Origin: Actinomycetota bacterium | Lineage (GTDB): Bacteria; Actinomycetota; UBA4738; CALAEC01 | Length of the DNA stretch: 64,000 bases | Assembly (NCBI GenBank): GCA_036000545.1 | Contig: DASYVD010000105.1 | Span: 7,630-71,629, forward strand | Direction of reading: 5' to 3' | Part shown: piece by piece, positions 61,308-64,000 of the stretch | Numbering within the stretch: the first letter of the stretch is position 1 | Layout of the letters: each line of letters begins with the position of its first letter | Notes under the pieces: model-generated | Seen by the model: the letters and a program-made list of their open reading frames with translations, nothing else | Told to the model about the DNA's origin: nothing | The model's database searches: none | Program-made: the position numbers and the translations under genes

Positions 61308-62030
61308 TCAGCCTCGCCGGACCTTCACCGCGGGGTTTCCGGCGACCCGGAGGTCCACGTACGCGAGGTCCGCCCCCTGCTTCCCCGCCCACCGCAACAC
61401 CTTAGCGAGTGCGGCGTTCTTTTCCGGCAGGGAACCGGCCTGACCGTAGAGGATCCTTGTGCCATCCACGAGGTGGAGGACGATCTGTCCTTCCTCCAGC
61501 GAGGCCCTCTCCACCTGCCCGCGCAGCCTGGGCGCCAGCGATGCCGCCACGGCTAGCGGCTCCTCTAGGCCCTCGAGGACGGCCCCCGGCCGAAGGGGCC
61601 GCCCAGACCGACCGATCGCCACAAGGGCTTTCGGGGGCTTCCTCCGCCGGTTGAGCACGGTTCCGTCCGCCGCCACCACCGCGACCCCGTTCGGATGCCG
61701 CACCCACGCCACCTCGGATCGCTCCTCGATCGTCAGGATGAGTGTTGATGGGAAGGAGCGACTAACCTCGGCCCGCCGGATCCACGGGTTCCGCATGAGC
61801 GACCGGGCCACGCGCTCGGTCGGGAACGTGAGCAGGTTGGCGTCGGCGCCGATCCCTGCGAGGCGCACGACCTCAGAGTCCGAGAGGTGGCGGTTACCCT
61901 TCACCTTCACGTCGCGGATATGGAAGACCGGGGAGGATGCAACCGCCCATGCGCCCACGGCCATCGCGATCACCGTCAGCGTGACGATCCCACCCCACGG
62001 CCGGCGTCGCGCCCCGGCCTCAGCCCTCAC
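61308..62030 (-). CDS. ftsQ: cell division protein FtsQ (POTRA domain)
   Basis: One N-terminal TM (IVTLTVIAMAVGAWAVA) followed by a POTRA-like FHIRDVKVKGNRHLSDSEVVRLAGI. Located between murB and ftsZ. Confidence 0.8.
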   Translation of the reverse strand: MRAEAGARRRPWGGIVTLTVIAMAVGAWAVASSPVFHIRDVKVKGNRHLSDSEVVRLAGIGADANLLTFPTERVARSLMRNPWIRRAEVSRSFPSTLILTIEERSEVAWVRHPNGVAVVAADGTVLNRRRKPPKALVAIGRSGRPLRPGAVLEGLEEPLAVAASLAPRLRGQVERASLEEGQIVLHLVDGTRILYGQAGSLPEKNAALAKVLRWAGKQGADLAYVDLRVAGNPAVKVRRG

Positions 62031-62979
62031 CGAATTTCCCCACCAGGTGAACCTCCGGGTCCAGGGTCACGCCTAACCGCTCGTGCACGCGGTCGCGCAC
62101 CTGAGCGATGAGGAGGTGAACGTCCCGCGCGGTGGCCCCCTTGCGAGCCACGATGAAGTTGGCGTGCTTCTCGGAGACCTTGGCACCCCCGACGGAAAGC
62201 CCCTTCGCGCCGGCCGCCTCCACGAGCCGCGCGGCGTGATCGTCGGGCGGGTTCTTGAACACGCTCCCACAGTTTGGTTCCGACAGAGGTTGGGTGGCCC
62301 GGCGCCACTCCCGAGCCTCGTCCATGAGGGTCCGGATCTGGGCAGGGTCTCCCGGCCGGAGACGGACGGTCGCTCCGACCACGACGCTTCTTTCCGGCAA
62401 GGTCGAATCGCGATAGCGGAATCCCGCTTCCTCCACCGGCACCACTCGCAGACGATCTTCCTGGGTGAGGAACACCTCCGCGGAGTCGAGCACCTCGTCA
62501 AGGGAATGCTCGTGCGCCCCCGCGTTCATCCGCACCGAGCCGCCCAGCGATGCGGGGATGGCGACGCCGAACTCGAGTCCGGCCAGCGAGTGCGAGAGCG
62601 CCACCCCGGCGAGCGCGGGAAGCGGCATGGCCCCGCCCGCGCTGATGCGATGTCCGTCGCGGGCAGCCCACCGGAACGAACGGCCGAGACGCAGCACGAG
62701 GCCCGGGAACCCGTCATCGGAGACGAGTAGGTTCGAGCCCTTCCCGATCACCAAGAACGGGAGCCCCGTCTCCCTGAGGGCCCGCCCCACCGCGGACAGG
62801 TCTTCCTGAGATTGCGCTTCGAGGTACAGAGCGGCGGGGCCCCCCAAGCGGAACGACGTCAGAGACGCAAGGGGGAATCCCCGCCGGAGGCGGTCCCCGG
62901 CGACCGCGCGAAGGATGCTTTCGGCCGCTTCCACCGCGCCGTCCGGGGTCTCGGACCTCGCGCCGCCCTCACTGATCAT
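62020..62979 (-). CDS. murB: UDP-N-acetylenolpyruvoylglucosamine reductase
   Basis: LTSFRLGGPAALY, VIGKGSNLLVSD and GSVFKNP motifs. It overlaps ftsQ and murC by 11 nt each. Confidence 0.92.
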   Translation of the reverse strand: MISEGGARSETPDGAVEAAESILRAVAGDRLRRGFPLASLTSFRLGGPAALYLEAQSQEDLSAVGRALRETGLPFLVIGKGSNLLVSDDGFPGLVLRLGRSFRWAARDGHRISAGGAMPLPALAGVALSHSLAGLEFGVAIPASLGGSVRMNAGAHEHSLDEVLDSAEVFLTQEDRLRVVPVEEAGFRYRDSTLPERSVVVGATVRLRPGDPAQIRTLMDEAREWRRATQPLSEPNCGSVFKNPPDDHAARLVEAAGAKGLSVGGAKVSEKHANFIVARKGATARDVHLLIAQVRDRVHERLGVTLDPEVHLVGKFGEG

Positions 62980-64000
62980 GGGTTCCCTCCGTCCCCACTG
63001 ATGACCCCAACCGGGCGAGCGTCTCTTCCCCCACCATGGTCACGTCTCCGGCGCCGAGCGTCAGCACGAGATCGCCCGGGCGGACCTCACGGGCGAGGAA
63101 GGACGCGAGGTCCGCGCGGTGGGGCAGATAGACGATCCGTTTGCCAGGAGCGGCCTCCGCCAGGGCATCCACGACGAGCTTCCCGGTGATGCCGGGCACG
63201 GGCATCTCCCCCGCCGCATAGACGTCGGTCACGACGGCGACGTCCGCGTCGGCGAGGCTGCTTCCCAATTCCCGCCACATCGCCGCGGTGCGCGTGTATC
63301 GGTGGGGCTGAAACACCGCAACGATCCTGCGGGTGCCGTCGCCACCGCCACTCGTCGCCGCCCGCGCCGACGCCAGAGTTGCGGCGATCTCCGTCGGGTG
63401 GTGCGCGTAGTCGTCGACGAACTCGGTGCCGGCCGCGCTCCCCCTATGCTCGTATCTGCGGCGGACCCCCCGGAACGTGGCCAGGGAGGCCGCGGCGTCC
63501 GCGGGATCCACCCCCACCTGCCGGGCCACGGCGATGGCGGCGGCCGCGTTGAGCAGGTAGTGATGCCCCGGCACGGGGACTTCGACCCGGGTGGCGCCGC
63601 CCTCCCAGTGGAGCATGCACGCTCCGCCTGTCGCTCGGACCTCCACGTCCTCGAGGCGCACGTCGTTCTGGGGCCCTTCTCCGTACGTCACCGAGGGCAC
63701 GGCCGCGACCTCGATGACGCGTCGCGCGGCGGCGTCGTCCCCGCACGCCACCACCAAGCTTGCGCGGCGGCAGAACTCGGCGAACGCCGCTTCGATCTCA
63801 TCCCGGCCCGAGAAGAAGTCCAGATGATCTTCCTCGACGTTGGTCACCACCGCGATCTCTGGGGAGAGCAGAAGGAAAGAGCCGTCGGACTCGTCGGCCT
63901 CCGCCACGAACAATTCCCCCTTTCCGGATCGGGCGTTGCTGCCGCTCTCGTTCAGGTCCCCCCCAATCACGTAGGTGGGGTCCAGTCCGGCGTGCTCGAG
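62969..64000 (-). CDS. murC: UDP-N-acetylmuramate--L-alanine ligase, 5' end beyond right edge
   Basis: The reading frame is open to position 64000 (LEHAGLDPTYVIGGDLN...AEADESDGSF...DDYAHHPTEI). The track ORF start at 63970 is an internal GTG. Confidence 0.92.
   Translation of the reverse strand, partial: LEHAGLDPTYVIGGDLNESGSNARSGKGELFVAEADESDGSFLLLSPEIAVVTNVEEDHLDFFSGRDEIEAAFAEFCRRASLVVACGDDAAARRVIEVAAVPSVTYGEGPQNDVRLEDVEVRATGGACMLHWEGGATRVEVPVPGHHYLLNAAAAIAVARQVGVDPADAAASLATFRGVRRRYEHRGSAAGTEFVDDYAHHPTEIAATLASARAATSGGGDGTRRIVAVFQPHRYTRTAAMWRELGSSLADADVAVVTDVYAAGEMPVPGITGKLVVDALAEAAPGKRIVYLPHRADLASFLAREVRPGDLVLTLGAGDVTMVGEETLARLGSSVGTEGTHDQ

Overview
This is a very G+C-rich (judged by eye) stretch of bacterial chromosomal core with actinobacterial hallmarks. 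The cell-division cluster runs murC-murB-ftsQ-ftsZ-pgeF-yggS-sepF-yggT-divIVA with no ftsA. ileS sits behind a T-box whose last hairpin covers the Shine-Dalgarno sequence, and the rapZ-gap-pgk-tpiA and rpsA-coaE...uvrB-type syntenies are present. A deep-branching actinobacterial lineage is my inference, not a computed result.

I call about 57 protein genes, mostly on the minus strand:
- DNA replication and repair: uvrA, uvrB, uvrC, polA, dnaE and a Cas4/AddB-like nuclease.
- Glycolysis: gap, pgk, tpiA.
- Transport: three ABC uptake systems (peptide, polar amino acid, LIV type).
- Metal-related: a DtxR-family regulator next to an FTR1 iron permease, and two type-1-copper cupredoxin proteins.
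- Secondary metabolism: a two-gene acyl-CoA dehydrogenase plus type III polyketide synthase (PKS) operon.
- RNA and regulatory elements: one tRNA and one T-box leader.

I found no transposase, integrase, CRISPR array or recognisable defence gene, so no clear novel multi-gene system is visible.

The most unusual items are:
1. A 74-nt tRNA with a leucine anticodon (CAA) and A73 but only a 5-nt variable loop.
2. A 360-bp gene-free gap between convergent operons with a near-consensus promoter and nested GC hairpins, a candidate sRNA.
3. Two tandem ~74-bp hairpin-containing repeats between the divergent dksA-like/lspA operon and ileS.
4. The ACAD/type III PKS pair wedged between rpsA and polA.
5. 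Cupredoxin genes placed in a uvrA-uvrC array and at the end of an amino-acid ABC operon.

Some starts were refined by hand and may be off by 1-2 nt. Many long ORFs in the supplied track are antisense or out-of-frame shadows typical of high-GC DNA and are rejected.
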